Counted from the first letter of the stretch, positions 1 through 13,608 are shown. The stretch: DNA of 55,095 nucleotides from Octopus bimaculoides (GCF_001194135.2 NC_069006.1:6817149-6872243), one strand, 5' to 3'. The notes: generated from the sequence alone by a model not told the origin. Numbers and translations are program-made.

Positions 1-371
1 ATATATTTATCATGGACTCTCCTCTCATTAGAAAACATATGAGTGTTCAGCAATTTCTTTCCGAACAACCACACAGATGATTTGTTTATAATGATCAAAT
101 GTTTGTGTTCACATAAGCTCACTCTCTCCATCAAATCGACATTACCTGTACAGGTGCACAAGTGTGTCTACATGTCAGATGATGAAATGATCACAGAGCA
201 GCATAAAATGAAGTGCTTTGCTCAAGAGCACAACATAATGTCCAGTCTGGGAATTGAACCCAAGATCTCACAATCGTGAGTGCAACATCCTAACCACTAA
301 GCCATGTGCCTTCATTATATATATATATATATATATATATATAAGTGCCACCTGATGACCCCCCCCCCCGC

Positions 372-570
372 TTTGCCAGAGGCATGTAAAAAGCACCTAC
401 TACACTCTCAGAGTAGTTGGTGTTAGGAAGGGCATCCAGCTGTAAAAACCTTGCCAGATCAGATTGGAGCCTGGTGCAGCCTCCTGGCTTGCCAGTCCTC
501 AGTTAAACTGTTAAGCCCATGCCAGCATGGAAAGCGAACATTAAACAATGACAAAGAGATGATGATAATG

Positions 571-575
<5 letters not shown>
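372..575 (+). mobile_element. RTE-tail-related repeat, family C
   Basis: TTAGGAAGGGCATCCAGCTGTAAAAACCTTGCC...GCCAGCATGGAAA..(GAT)n. Other copies lie at ~5790-6010 (+), 10755-10980 (-), 40900-41105 (-) and 42400-42605 (+). Confidence 0.75.
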
Positions 576-613
<38 letters not shown>

Positions 614-1088
614 CATGTACATGAAACCTAATTTATAATGAATATTAAATATTAGATACATAGGAGTTTTGAGAAACAGGGAACTATGAAAAATTCTGAA
701 AGAAGAATATCAATAAAATGATTTACAATAATTTTGTGTAACAGTTTAACGAGTTAAAAAGAATTTGTGAAACATTTATACTTTTTTTTAAACCAAGGGA
801 AACAAACAGGCAATAAAAAGTACAGCACTTCTAGCATGCAACTCTGAGAAATCCTTGACAGAACTTATAAGCAAACTAAGTATTTTTTTTTTTTGCTTAT
901 GTAATAACTAGAGTTGTCATGCACAAAAGATAGTTTGCATAACATCTACTTCTATGATAGACATTAAAGGTTATAGGACAACACTCCAATTGAATAAATC
1001 ACAAAGAGAATCATCCATAGAATATATGGAAGCAGAAGATGCAGAAATTTGTTTGCTTTAAATAAGAAACCACTTGTGGTTTTTATAG

Positions 1089-1200
1089 GTTTTCAAAGTC
1101 TGCAGAATACATTAAGGAAAAGAATTGTTTGGCAGAGCGTTATCAAAGGTTTTTCATTGATAACCTTAAACAAAGAAGAAATGTGATCCTGAAGCTTCAG
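1089..1200 (+). CDS. Candidate internal exon of an unidentified gene
   Basis: TTTTTATAG|...CTTCAG|GTAAAA. One frame is open: FSKSAEYIKEKNCLAERYQRFFIDNLKQRRNVILKLQ (phase 2 to 0). No homology recognised. Confidence 0.35.
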
Positions 1201-1645
1201 GTAAAATCCAATTGAAGTTATAAACACAGAGTTACCATAATCTTCAGGTTCTATCAGACAAATAGGTTGAGATAACATGGTGAGGATTTTGGATTTCCTC
1301 TTTAATTTGAATTATTGTAAGTAAGTAGATGGTGGGTGGGGAGATGTATAAGAAGGGATTTCTAGAGGGATGATGCAGTTCTGAGAAAAGTGTTTAGAGA
1401 AAGTAAGGGTGATAAAAGTAAATGATATGAGTGAATTAAATAGATCTAGAGAAGTAATAAAAGAGCAGATGCTGTTGTTACACTAACAGCAGAACTTGAA
1501 AGATTGTGGGGTGCATGAGGGAATAGATCTTTGAATAGATTTCTGTGATATTATCAGTCAACAGCAGCAGTAAGTAATGCAAGATGTGTAAAGACTTTAT
1601 TCACAAAACAACCCAATTAACATTATGTACTGCAGTTAATGTGCA

Positions 1646-1858
1646 AGTTGGCAGAATCATTAGCACAGCAAGCAAAATGCTTAGCAGCATTTCGTCCATC
1701 TTTACATTCTGAGTTCAAATTCTGCTGAGGTCAACTTTGCCTTTTATTCTTTTAGGGTTGATAAAATAAGTATCAGTTGAGCACTTGGGTCCATGTAATT
1801 GACTTATCCCACCCACTGAATGTGCTGGCCTTATACCAAAATTTGAAACCAACATTAT
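1646..1858 (+). mobile_element. tRNA-derived SINE, family B
   Basis: TGGCAGAATCATTAGC...TTCTGAGTTCAAATTCTGCTGAGGTCAACTTTGCC...CCAAAATTTGAAACC. Confidence 0.85.
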
Positions 1859-1889
1859 GCACCACCGGAATGCGTACTGCATAGTCCTA

Positions 1890-2250
1890 GATCAGCCCCG
1901 ATTCACCTGATCTTTTTATGTATAGCTAGAATTAATTACATTGTCTAATGTTTCCTTCCTTTTTATACCAGTAGGGTGTGACTTGAGGAATATTTGGCTG
2001 CTGTTTCTTGTTGGCTTTACTGTTACTCTTACTGTTTAACCACAAGACAGACCTGACTGAGCAGACCTTAATCAAAGGCTTTCCATTCATAACCATCCCA
2101 TACTATTTTCAGCCTTAACACCTCTAGAACCATATTATCTAATATGTCGTTCCTTTTTAAAGAGAGAAAGATGGCAAGGTGTGATTTGAAGGTCATTCAC
2201 CTGCTATTTCTAGATGGTGAAACTACTACATAGAGACTCTCTCATTAGCT
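1890..2250. repeat. Unclassified interspersed repeat family D (two partial copies)
   Basis: GGTGTGA(C/T)TTGA(G/A)G..GCT(G/A)TTTCT motif occurs twice; a reverse copy lies at ~11895-12090. Confidence 0.55.
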
Positions 2251-3570
2251 GATGCACTAGCATGTACCCCTGGGAAAAAAAAAAAAGTGCTAACATCTGT
2301 TATTAATATAGATAATACTCTGGTTCATTACCTATACAATTAACTCCACCTAAAAATCTTAAGTTATAAAAACTTCACAGAAACTAATGTGAACAACAGA
2401 TGGGTAAATGTATATGTGTATACATGCATGGGTCTGTAACCACAACTAATGGCACTGAATAAATCAATATGGTTCATCCTTGAATAATATACATCTACTT
2501 TATACTCTATAAACATGTATCTGTGTGTGTGTGTGTGTATATATGTGTACAATGACAGAATTAAAAACCTGTTGATTTCTAGAATCAAACAGAAACTGGG
2601 CTTCATTCTATTTTAATTTATTATTCACAAAGGAAATGATGGATGGAATGGTGGGGGAGCTTTGATGCTGTTTTTTTTTTTAATAATTTTGCATATATTT
2701 TCCAGTGGATTGGGGGTGGTTCAACAAATTTAGACAACACAAAATTTGGTGGGTTACCAGTACTTTACATTAATCATTCATCCATTAAGTGGCAGCTTTA
2801 ATAATTTATCAGTTGAGATAAACAAGACAACCATTGTAATGTGTCTTGTCTAAAGATGTAATTCAATGCCCTTGGCAAAAATTGAACCACTGACCTTCAG
2901 GTCAGTAGTAAACAACACCTCAGCTATTCAGTTGTGTACCATGTCGCCAGTGAAAACTAAAATTTATTCACCAAAATCTCAAGTTAAAAACAGTCAATGA
3001 GCACAGTAACCAATATTATCTCAAGTATTTGAACTGTGTGCATAAATATTGCAACAAATGCTGAAGCAACATCGGTTTTTGCCTCATTCTTAATTTACTG
3101 ATGTTTTATTGCTTTACCATAAAATAGGAGCTATCGATTATTAAGTATCATTTCAAAAGACATAACAGGTTCATATCATGGAAAATTCAAATTTCTTCAC
3201 TGTTGCAGAAAGACTTCTGGCTACTAAAGAAGTGAAGTTGGCCAGGAAATTGCAGCTTGTAATTCTCCAAAAAATCGATCTTTCTAGTTGGTTTACATTA
3301 GGAGTTTACTCAGTGGATCACTTATCTGGGAAGAACTCTAAACATGATGACCTTTGGAATATTGACGACATGTCTACACATTTATCATGTTCCAAATGCT
3401 TTTTATAAACATTTAGGCTCTTTAGGAAACTTTTTATATTAAATCTGAATGTGCTGGAATATCTTTTAATACTTTTAAAAAAATCATAATTGCTTAAAAG
3501 TGTTATCAGTAATTTAGAATTATAGCTAAAATGAAAATAATAACCTATCTATCTATATATATATATATAT

Positions 3571-3616
<46 letters not shown>

Positions 3617-4738
3617 CATATATAATGTTGACTAATGTGTCTATTTAAATAAGTGAAATAAATAAAGCTCTACATTTCTAAAAGATATGTGTTTTTACTA
3701 ATCACCATTTTTTGAGAAGATTTATCTATAAAATATAGTAAAAAAATTTGTGATGCATGAGATAGAGAACTTAGGCTAAGTACCTGCGATTAAATGTGCA
3801 CAATCTGTTATCCAAGCCATGTTTAGTGGAGAAGAAATAACCAAATCAGTGAAAGTGATACAATAACTATTGTTAGATCCTGTCAAATAAGACATGAATA
3901 ATAACATCATATGTTACCATGACTAAAAGATAAATTTTATAATCTTTATCAATATTTGTATTTTATTATACATTTGTATATTACTATACTTCAAGATAAT
4001 CTGTGTAAAACAGTGAAACTATGTCCATTGTTTTTACTTACATAAAGATTTTTGAAGAGCTAAACTTCCTTTAAATTTCATTTGTGCCAAGTAAGGCTCA
4101 AAAAAGAATATCTAGCAAACCTATGAGGAAAACGTTAAGTCAAATAAAATAAATTTAATATTAAATTACAAGAGTTATTATGATTTCTTATTATTAGTAG
4201 ATAAGAAATAGAAGGAAAACGAAATTGTTGAGTAAAACTGCATCGTCTCAAAATACAATGATTTTATTCTCCTACTTAACAGGGAACCTCTTCCATCATA
4301 TCTGATCCACAGATGAATATAGTTTGTTGTGCACATATATTCAAAAGCATGAGCAAGAGAGTTAAAAATCGTTATCAAAATCATTATTATGCATCCAGTT
4401 TTCTATACAGAAAAGGTTCAAGTTTGCTCAATATATTATTAATATTTATCTAGTGTAAAACTTAACTTTTTTGTACTTGATCTAATTACAATGTCCTAAG
4501 TTTGGTGCAATTATCGGTATACATTACTTTTCATTCAGCATGCACCATCCCTACATGTCTGTGAATACATGTCAATATTAAGGGCTGGAATATCTCTTAC
4601 ATTCACTAATCAATGTCTCTTACACCTAATCATTTCCCTAAATCGCTCTCGCTCATTCTGACTCTCCACCACCACTATTATGTGAGTTTACGTGTGTGTG
4701 TGTGTGTGTGTGTGTCTGTGTGTGTGTGNNNNNNNNNN

Positions 4739-4774
<36 letters not shown>

Positions 4775-6710
4775 TTAGTACATCTATTCTCAAATATTCA
4801 ATTCTACTTGTTTCTAAATTACATTGATTTTTTGTCAAGTGGGTTTGGATACTGTTTATTTGTCTATTTTCAACAGACCACTCACTGTCTCTAGTTAATT
4901 TATAATTGAGGTTAATAAAATGTCTTGATTTATGACTCAACAAAACAAACATAACAGCTTATAACTTCGGCTCATCTGGTTCCTACAATATACCAGACAC
5001 AAACTGTGTGGCTTTAATCGATCACCTTTTCCATAACACATACACAATACTAAAGAGTTATAACCTTTCTTACTCAAGCACTGAGTAAAATACAATGGAA
5101 TATTTTCATTTATAGATTTGGGAAAGCGGTTAAATGCAATATTTTTATTTGCTCAGCAAGAAATCTTTAACTGAGAAATATGTAGAAGCAAGATAAGTTG
5201 ATCAAATCCACTTTCAATAAAAACTGTTTTCTGCACAAAAGAACACTATTTCTTCAATCTTTAATAAATATCTAAAGAAATCCAGGGATGAGCTCTGTCT
5301 GTATCTCCTCTTGACAGATTTATTTACTGTATTTAGTACAACATATCAGATTCTTTTGAATGACTTAAGAAATCTAGATACAAGTGTAAGTGATGCATTT
5401 GGAGAGTTCATGTTTAATAGATATTACTCATTAAGGAAACTAGCAGCCCAAAAGATCACAGGGTCATAGTTAGTGAATAATTCTTTTGAGCAAGCTGTTA
5501 TTGTTTTTGTTTAATAAGGCAAGTAATTTATTTCTAAAATAAAATATAGAATTTGGCCTTTCACCAATAGTTTGGGTATATTCCTGCAGTGAAAGAAGTC
5601 AAGGATTAATTATCTAAATGCAGATTACAGTCATATTTATGGTACAAGTATACTAGTCAACAATATTTACTTACAGTGGTTCATCTCTTATCTAAAAGTT
5701 ACATTCAAAAAGTTATAAACAAAATGGGCTCAGAACTGCATGTGGTGTAGGCAAGGTCTGCTACAGAGCCATGTTTTTAATGCTTTTCCACATAAAAATG
5801 CATCTGTACTGGTGCCACATATAAAGTGCTCTTGATGGTGCTACATAAAAAGGGCACTCTGAAAATCGGTTGGCATCAGGGAGGGCATCCAGCCATAGAA
5901 ACCTTGCCAAAACAGAGAATTGGAGCCTGGTGCAGTTCTCTGGCTCACCAGCTCCTGTCAAACCACTCAACTCATGTCAGCATGGAAAACAGACATGTGA
6001 TGGTGATGATTAAATTTACCACTTTGCAGACCTGACTCATACACACCACTCTTTACTTTAGATCACAAAACAGCAACTTTATATTAAACATTTCACACTT
6101 ATCATTAAATAGATGAAACATTATTCAACTAGAGATTCTAGCGATAGCCATCTCATTTTTTTATCTAGCATTCTGTATGTTATTACTCAATTACTCCTTC
6201 CTTTTTAAGACTACATAATACTACAACTCCAGTACAAGATTGCTCTTCCACCTCAAATTTCTGATTATACCCTGATAAGATAGAACTAGCAAATGCAGAG
6301 TAGGGGCCTCACATCATACATAAAAAATTTTGGCAGTAGAAAAACAAAGAAATATGTTACATAACAGCCACATTGAACTCCATTCACTGCACCAGTGCAT
6401 ATGAAGAGGACAGTGTGGTTCCCCACTGGCCTAAACACAAAGTATAAAAGAATAGATTTGTGAATCACCTCTAGTTGTCCATCTGGTTATTTATGAAACA
6501 TAGACCATCTCAATCAAAGGTGACTTGAGGCTAAACAACTACTACAAGATGAAGTACGAAAATGGACAACTTTTGGATGACGACAATATTAAAAAGAAAT
6601 ATAAGAATAAAAGTGGAATTTTTCTAACTATATCACCAACGAAATTATTTAATAAAAAATAACAAATTTAAATATAGAAATATGATTGCATTTAAAAGAG
6701 GATTTACCTT

Positions 6711-6924
6711 CTATTTGTTTTAGTCATTACACTTTGGCCATGCTGGGGCACCACCTTGAAAAGTTATTAGTCAAATGAATAGACCCCAATACCTACTTTT
6801 TTTTAAAACCTGGTAGTTACTTTATCAGTCTCTTTTGCCAAACCACTAATTTACAGGGATGTAAACACACCAATACCAGTGGACAAGCAGTGGTGGAAGA
6901 CTAACACAGACAGAAAGTCACACA

Positions 6925-7000
<76 letters not shown>

Positions 7001-7162
7001 ACAGGGTTCTTTCAGTTTCCATCTATCAAATCCACTCACAAGGTCTTGGTCAGGCTGAAGCTATAATAGAAGACACTTGCCAAAGGTGCCATTTAGTGAG
7101 GTTGAACTCAGAACCATGTGGTTGGGAAACAAGCTTCTTACTAAACAGGTATGCCTGTGCCT
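6711..7162 (-). mobile_element. Family-A composite SINE with internal (TA)n
   Basis: Collinear with 34161-34628 but more decayed. Confidence 0.85.
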
Positions 7163-8112
7163 GCAACAAAGTTAGGGACCACTTCAGAAATTGAAATTAT
7201 TGGACAAAGTGAACTTCTAAAACTACATAATTGACACCATGGCTAACATTGACTACCTATGTAGTATACATACAAATTGCTCAATAAAAGAGAAAAAAAA
7301 TATATGTCCACAGACTCTCTCTAACTTTTTTCCTCTTTAAGTTTGAATGACTTGGGTACTTTCCTTAATAACCTATCTGAAATTCTCCCTCATACACCTA
7401 ATACTGCACATAATACTTCTAATATGAGATGTGCAAGTCCTGCTAAGTAATTGGCTATATTGAGTGGCCATGCACACACTGACATGTGACAGGAATGTAA
7501 CCAATGAAAGCTATTTCTAACTGAAACCATTCATGGCAGGGTGAAGTCATCAGATTGTCTGTCAATCATGAAAAAAAAAGTAAAAGGAAGGAATTAGTAA
7601 ATGAAATGATAAGAACTTGAGGAAAAAATAAGACAAAATGAATAATATTTATCAGATTATGGTTCAGTTGTGCTTTTTAAACTTTTGCAAGTTGTCTGTT
7701 TCTATTATGTCTATTTTATGCTAACTTTGCACTTCATGTCTTACATCTAATATTCAGTAAGCCTTTTTTTGTATAAGGAGCATCTATTATTAAATATATT
7801 TCAGCCATTAAACTTGTAGATAATAACAGGTTAGCTACAGAGTAGAGATTTATCTATCATTTCTGTTATCACTGATCTTGATAGCTTTCATCACCCACTT
7901 GTAACCTGTCAGTCAAAAACATTAGTAACTCAGTTGCTAATGTTGAGCTCTGATTTTTAAGAAAAAAACCTTACTTTTCAGTTTTTCTGTTTCACTTGCA
8001 TCAGCAGTCTTAATTCTTCCAATTAACATTGCCTTTTTCTTTTCTTTCAAAAATATATTTTATTGCAGACCTTCAACATATATGTATTTGCTAACAGACA
8101 ACAATATAAAAA

Positions 8113-8340
8113 TAGAGGTGCAGGTGTGGCTGTGTGGTAAAAAGTTTACTTTCCAACCACATGGTTTTGGGTTCAGTCCCACTGTATGGCATCTCATGTG
8201 TGAATATGGTCAATGAAAACTACAAGAAGTCTGTCATATATGCATACATATGTGTGTTTTTATGTATGTGTTACTGTCTCCTTGACATCAAATGATAGTT
8301 GTAAATGAGTGTCACCATCATTTACAATGATGATGATGAT
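8113..8340 (+). mobile_element. Family-A-headed SINE variant
   Basis: AGGTGCAGGTGTGGCTGTGTGGTAAAAAG...GGGTTCAGTCCCACTG, with an internal deletion and a (GAT)n tail. Confidence 0.75.
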
Positions 8341-8514
8341 ACAGCCAGAAATGATAGCTAGGATAGGGATTGAAGAAAAACACCCAGGCTGTAAGAGTGA
8401 ACTAGAAACAAGGATGACATGGAAATAATTTTATTTTCCAGTTCATACTGTTGTCATAATGACTGACATGAAAAAGCCTGCATTCAGTTATTACACTTGT
8501 TATTTTCTAAGAAT

Positions 8515-8950
8515 ATGACTGGCAGAATAATTGGATCATCAGACAAAATGTCCTGTAGCATTTCTTCTCGCTTTCTACATTTTGAGATCAAATCCTGCTG
8601 AGGCCAACTTAGCATTTCATCTCTCTGCGACTGATAAAAATTAAGTATCAGTCAAGTACTAGAGCTAGATACAATTGACTAAACCTGCCCTTCAAAACTG
8701 CTGGCCCTGTACCTAAATCAAAAATCATCATCCTCATTAAGGAGAGTGAACTAGCAGAATTATTAGGGAATCAGACGAAATGATTAGCAGCATTTCTTCC
8801 AGTGCTTTATGTTCTAAGTTTCAAGGATTTACCTTTCATTTTTTCAAGGGTTAATAAATAGGTACCAGTTGAGCATTAGGATCAATGTAATTGACTGTTA
8901 CCTCCCCTCAAATTGCTGGCCTAGTGCCAAAATCTGAAACATTATTATCA
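8515..8950 (+). mobile_element. Two tandem family-B SINEs
   Basis: Copies at ~8515-8730 and ~8745-8950 in the same orientation. Confidence 0.8.
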
Positions 8951-9158
8951 TTATTGGTGGTGGTGGTGATTATTCACTATATTCAATAATTATTATGTCT
9001 GATATTTCAAAGATATTTCAATTTAAAGGCGTAGTTGAATTCAAATTTGTAAACTTTTTACAATGTTCAGAGACAATGAGCTTCATTTGAATTTAATTAG
9101 ATAAACAAATTTAATGTTTCTCTTTTTCTGTCGATATTTCCTTCTCAATAATTTGAAG

Positions 9159-9218
9159 ACAACACCATAAAAAAACTGAAGAAAAATTTACATGGCTCAA
9201 AGAAATAGAAGAGATTAA
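9159..9218 (+). CDS. Candidate internal exon
   Basis: Pyrimidine-rich upstream, then TTTGAAG|...ATTAA|GTAAGT. One frame is open: QHHKKTEEKFTWLKEIEEI. Confidence 0.3.
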
Positions 9219-9924
9219 GTAAGTTACAGATGAAGCAAATGTAAAAATAAATGAAATTCATAGATTTTAATAATTTGATTTTTTTGATTTTGCCAACAGA
9301 ACCAACTATATTAGATAATGGAAATCATTTCATTTGTGTAAAGAGAATGTCCCTACCTTCAGGGCTGGATTATGTTCAACTACTGCCCTAAGCACAGCCC
9401 TGATGGTCCACAACCCTTGACTCTTCCATTATCTGATGAGACATTAAGACATAATAGATTAAAAATTTAGTTTTCTTCTTGGCCTCACCCTCAACAACTA
9501 GTTTCTTTTTTCACAGCTCTAGTACTAAAGTGGAATGGTTAGATTGCTGCAAGAAATGATCACAAAACTGATTCCTCAAACAAAACCAACTAACAGGAAA
9601 CATAGGGATAGACTATGAGCATAATATCCATAGTTTCGGTTGGTTAATGCTTGGGAATCCAGCAGGAAAATTTTATAATGTTTTTTTTTCTGCTAGAATG
9701 CTACGGAGGAGGTACCTGAGGACTTTACCCTGACAACAATCCCAGGAAAAGTTGACTATGAAAATGGATGGATGAAGAAATTATTTATTTAACATTAATT
9801 AGCAGTAAACAAGATAAGCAAAATATGAATGTGATAAAAAATGTAAATTACCACATTTTTAAAATTGGTTTTCCAAATAGGAAAATTGTTTATAAGTGGG
9901 GAAATATACATACAAATTCTTGAG

Positions 9925-10068
9925 GTATTGATTCTCAACACATCCTGGTAGACGTTGCATGTGTTATGAACACACATTGTCAAAAGAGAGTTGTTCTCTG
10001 ATGATGGAATACAATAGCTATCAGCATATTCACATATGAATCTGCCAGAATGTGTTGAGAATAGATAC
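9925..10068. repeat. Small inverted-repeat element (MITE-like or hairpin)
   Basis: GTATTGATTCTCAACACATCCTGGTAGA (9925-9952) versus TCTGCCAGAATGTGTTGAGAATAGATAC (10041-10068): 24/28 complementary. Confidence 0.75.
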
Positions 10069-10511
10069 GTTAGTGCGTTATTGTACAGATACAAAAACTT
10101 ATTGAAAAACAATTCTTTCTACAAAAATCAATGCAGGTCAATTTTTGAAAGAACATTTCTAATGAATATCATTATTTGTACAAAACAAAACAGGTCTTTA
10201 TTCTATTAGTCTCTAATCTTCAAAATACATAACATCCCAACATACAGGGATCAAAAGATACTTCAGTTTGTTGGGACCTACTTATAACTTTATTGATACC
10301 TTTTTTTATTTTTACTTGTAAAGTTTTTGATCAACTGAAACACAGAGCAACATCAATGCTTAACTCTGAATCCGGGCAGAATAAGCCATTGAAGTTGGTC
10401 TATGTAGGCATTGCCAGATTCCAATTTTGCTGTATTCCCAAGTTAAAAATATATCATTAATATGTTACTAATATTGTTGTTTATGTAAATGCATTTTTTT
10501 TCTATTGACAG

Positions 10512-10594
10512 TGGAAACTCCATTTTTGTGGGCCTCCTGATTCAGAAGCATCATTCTTTTACTATGATAGTTCTGGCAATGTTAAAAAATTGTG
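10512..10594 (+). CDS. Candidate internal exon
   Basis: TTTTTTTTCTATTGACAG|...TTGTG|GTATGT. Two frames are open: WKLHFCGPPDSEASFFYYDSSGNVKKL or GNSIFVGLLIQKHHSFTMIVLAMLKNC. Confidence 0.4.
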
Positions 10595-10986
10595 GTATGT
10601 ATATATGGTTGGCCTCTTTCAGTTTCTGGTCCTAGATGGATTTTCTCCTGTATCAGGAGGATTACATCACTCATGTTATCACATGCTATGCATGCTTTCA
10701 TTACATTTCTCTGTCTCTTCCATTTCTTTCTCTTTCTCCTCCTCATCATTATTTAATGTCCATCTTCCATACTGGCATGGGTTGGACAGTTTGATGAGCT
10801 GGTAAGACAGAGGACTGTGCCAAACTCCACTGTCTGACTTAGCATGGTTTTTACAGCTGCATGCCCTTCCTAACGCCAACTTTCTTTCAAATAAACCCTC
10901 ACACAAATTGCTAACTGTCCTTGTTATGTCCCCCTCATCTGTGCCCCAGTGTCTAATAAAAGTATTCATCATCATCATTATCGTTA

Positions 10987-11840
10987 AGGTGGTGAGCTGG
11001 CAGAACTATTAGCATGCCAGGTGAAATGCTTAGCAGCTTTTCATCTGTCCTTACGTTCTAAGTTCAAATTTTGCCGAGATCAACTTTGCTTTCCATCCTT
11101 TTGAGGTCAATAAAATAAATACCAGTCTAGCACTAGGGTTGATGTAATCGACTAATCCCTTCCCCCAAAATTTCAGGCCTTGTGCCTATAATAAAAAGGA
11201 TTATTTTCAGAGCCAGTAGCATTGTTGAAGCATTGGGAAAATCTCTTGCAGAATTCATTCTGGCTCTTTACACATTCTGAGTTCAAAATCCCACCAAGGT
11301 CAACTTTGCCTTTCATCCCTCTGAGGTTGATGAAACAAAGAATTACTCTAGTTCTAGGGTCAATGTAATCAACTATAGTGTCCACTCAAAATTCTTCATG
11401 TAGTGCCTCAGTGAACTGGCAGAATCATTAGCCTGTCAGGCAAAAATGCTTAGTGGCATTTCGTCCGTCTTTATGTTCTGAGTTCAAATTCTGCCAAGGC
11501 CAACTTTACCTTTCATTCTTTTAGGCTCAATAAAGTAAGTACCAGTTAAGTACTGGGGTTGATGTAATTGATTTACACCCCTCTCCAAAATTGCTGGCCT
11601 TGTGTCAAAATTTGAAACCATTATTAAGCTAAATAAGGTAACAAGCAGACAGATTTGCTAGCACACTGGGCAAAATGCTCAGTTGCATTTCACTCATCTT
11701 TAAGTTCTGGGTTCAAATTCTGCTGAGGTTAACTTTGCCTTTCATTCTCATGGGATCAATGAAATAAGTAGCAGTTGAATACTGAGATCAATGTAATCAA
11801 AATTGCCGGCCTTGGGCCAAAATTTTAAATCATTATTATT
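10987..11840 (+). mobile_element. Four head-to-tail family-B SINEs
   Basis: Copies at ~10987-11200, 11205-11400, 11410-11625 and 11640-11840. Each contains a TTCT(G/A)(A/G)GTTCAAA..GGTCAACTTTGCC-type core. Confidence 0.85.
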
Positions 11841-12433
11841 AAACTAAATCCAATCATTGACTTCAACACATTTTTACTACATCTGAAAGCCAATGGGGTA
11901 GTCTCTATATAGTCACTCAAGCTGCTAGAAACAGCAACCAAATTTTTCTGAAATCACACCTGACCTTCTTAAAAATAGAAAGAACACTTAGGTAACATCA
12001 TCCTAGATACTCCTAAAAAGATGAGATGGTCATGGCTGGACTGCCTCTAATTGCAAGCCTCCCGAACCAGGGTTGACTAGGCAATAAACAACATCATCTT
12101 ACTAAGAGACATTAGAAACATAGTGTAGAGGAATACAATAAACTTTTAACTGTTATGCAACCAGGATTTGATTTCCCCTCTACTCTATAATGGCAACTGT
12201 TAACACTCAGTCAAAACAAAGTATTGATTTATAAGACACACAAATTCATAAAATGAAAACAAAGCAGAAACAGCTAATATGATAATAAATCTGCAATTGA
12301 GCAAAAGTAAGGAAAATATGTAAAGCTTGTAATTTCTTTCATACAGAAAGATTTCCATTTCTTTTTTTTTTTTTTCTTGTCTTTTTATTTTTCCTCTTAT
12401 TAATCTTTGCTAAAGTGGTTTTCTATTTTTCAG

Positions 12434-12458
12434 ATGGGTGTACCCAGAAAAATATTAA
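12434..12458 (+). CDS. Candidate micro-exon
   Basis: TTCTATTTTTCAG|ATGGGTGTACCCAGAAAAATATTAA|GTAAAT. Phase-compatible with the 10512 candidate (giving ..NCDGCTQKNI). Confidence 0.2.
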
Positions 12459-12695
12459 GTAAATTATAGCTATCTATGGTTTATAGAGTAATAGTAAAGC
12501 CAGACAGCAAGATCAATACTGCTTCTTTTTCAGCTTATTATGGTCTGGTGGCTAGGAAACTACATTGATTGTTTAAATCTTGCATAGTATTAATGATAAA
12601 ACTACTGGTTGCTAACTGATTCTATCTTAATATAAACTGGTATAACCATTATAAAAGATAATCATATATGCGTGTGCATATGTATATATATATAT

Positions 12696-12761
12696 AATTA
12701 AATTTTTGACAATATATATGTATATGTATGTATATATATATATATTGTCAAAAATTTAATT
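12696..12761. repeat. Perfect 23-bp inverted repeat around a TA-rich loop
   Basis: AATTAAATTTTTGACAATATATA ... TATATATTGTCAAAAATTTAATT. Confidence 0.9.
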
Positions 12762-13608
12762 TGCTAAAAAAAGAAACTGCTTATAAAAATTGTAACTTAA
12801 TTAGTTTCTCAAAATATGCTTGACCTCAGTAACATAAGGAAGGGATCGTGTTATAAATTATATATGAAATATTAATGAAATACCTTTTATTTATTTTTTT
12901 GCTGTTTTAGTTTTGTAATAAATTGAATGGAAAGTAATAGCTTGACAAAATAATTCTATCAAATTCATAAAAATTTGGTAATTTATTTTATATAATGAAA
13001 TATTAACTACCATTTGGGAAAACATAATCTAAAACATTTCCATCAGACTGGGTAGGTAATTTATAATTCTTGATAAACTTAACAGGCAAAAACTAGATGA
13101 AATATAAACACATTAATAATAAAGTACTTGCAACAAATGCATTACTGTTGATAACATTCTGTTGTAGTAAATGAAGCTCATTCGTAGAAAATGTTAAATG
13201 AAAAAAAAAAATTGCCAACTGTTCAATCTATCTTATATATTTTTATGAATATGAATGTGTGTGTGTGTGTGTGTATACATATATATATATGGATATTTTT
13301 GATAAAAGATAGACGTAGCCTGTATCAGTTTTATCTTTAGTTGCAATCAGAAAGGAAAATGGTATGTACATAGGTAATATAAAGTCAAAAATGGTCAAAT
13401 TAATCAGCACTTATTAATTGTTTCAACACAACAGCAAACCAGTAACATCTATAATATCTGCACATTTGTCTACATCACAATTTATTTGAAAATAACTGTA
13501 TTTATAGTATTTCATTTTTGTATTTGATTTGCAAGATTTTTTATGTGAACTAATGTATTGAAACACATTTTGTTGTGTCTTGGAAAGGCCATTACACCAA
13601 TAATAATA

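Noticed and set aside
3178-3408. 76-aa ORF as an exon (ERLLATKEVKLARKLQ...)
   Set aside because: Plausible acceptor at ~3208 but no convincing donor and no recognisable homology; left unannotated.
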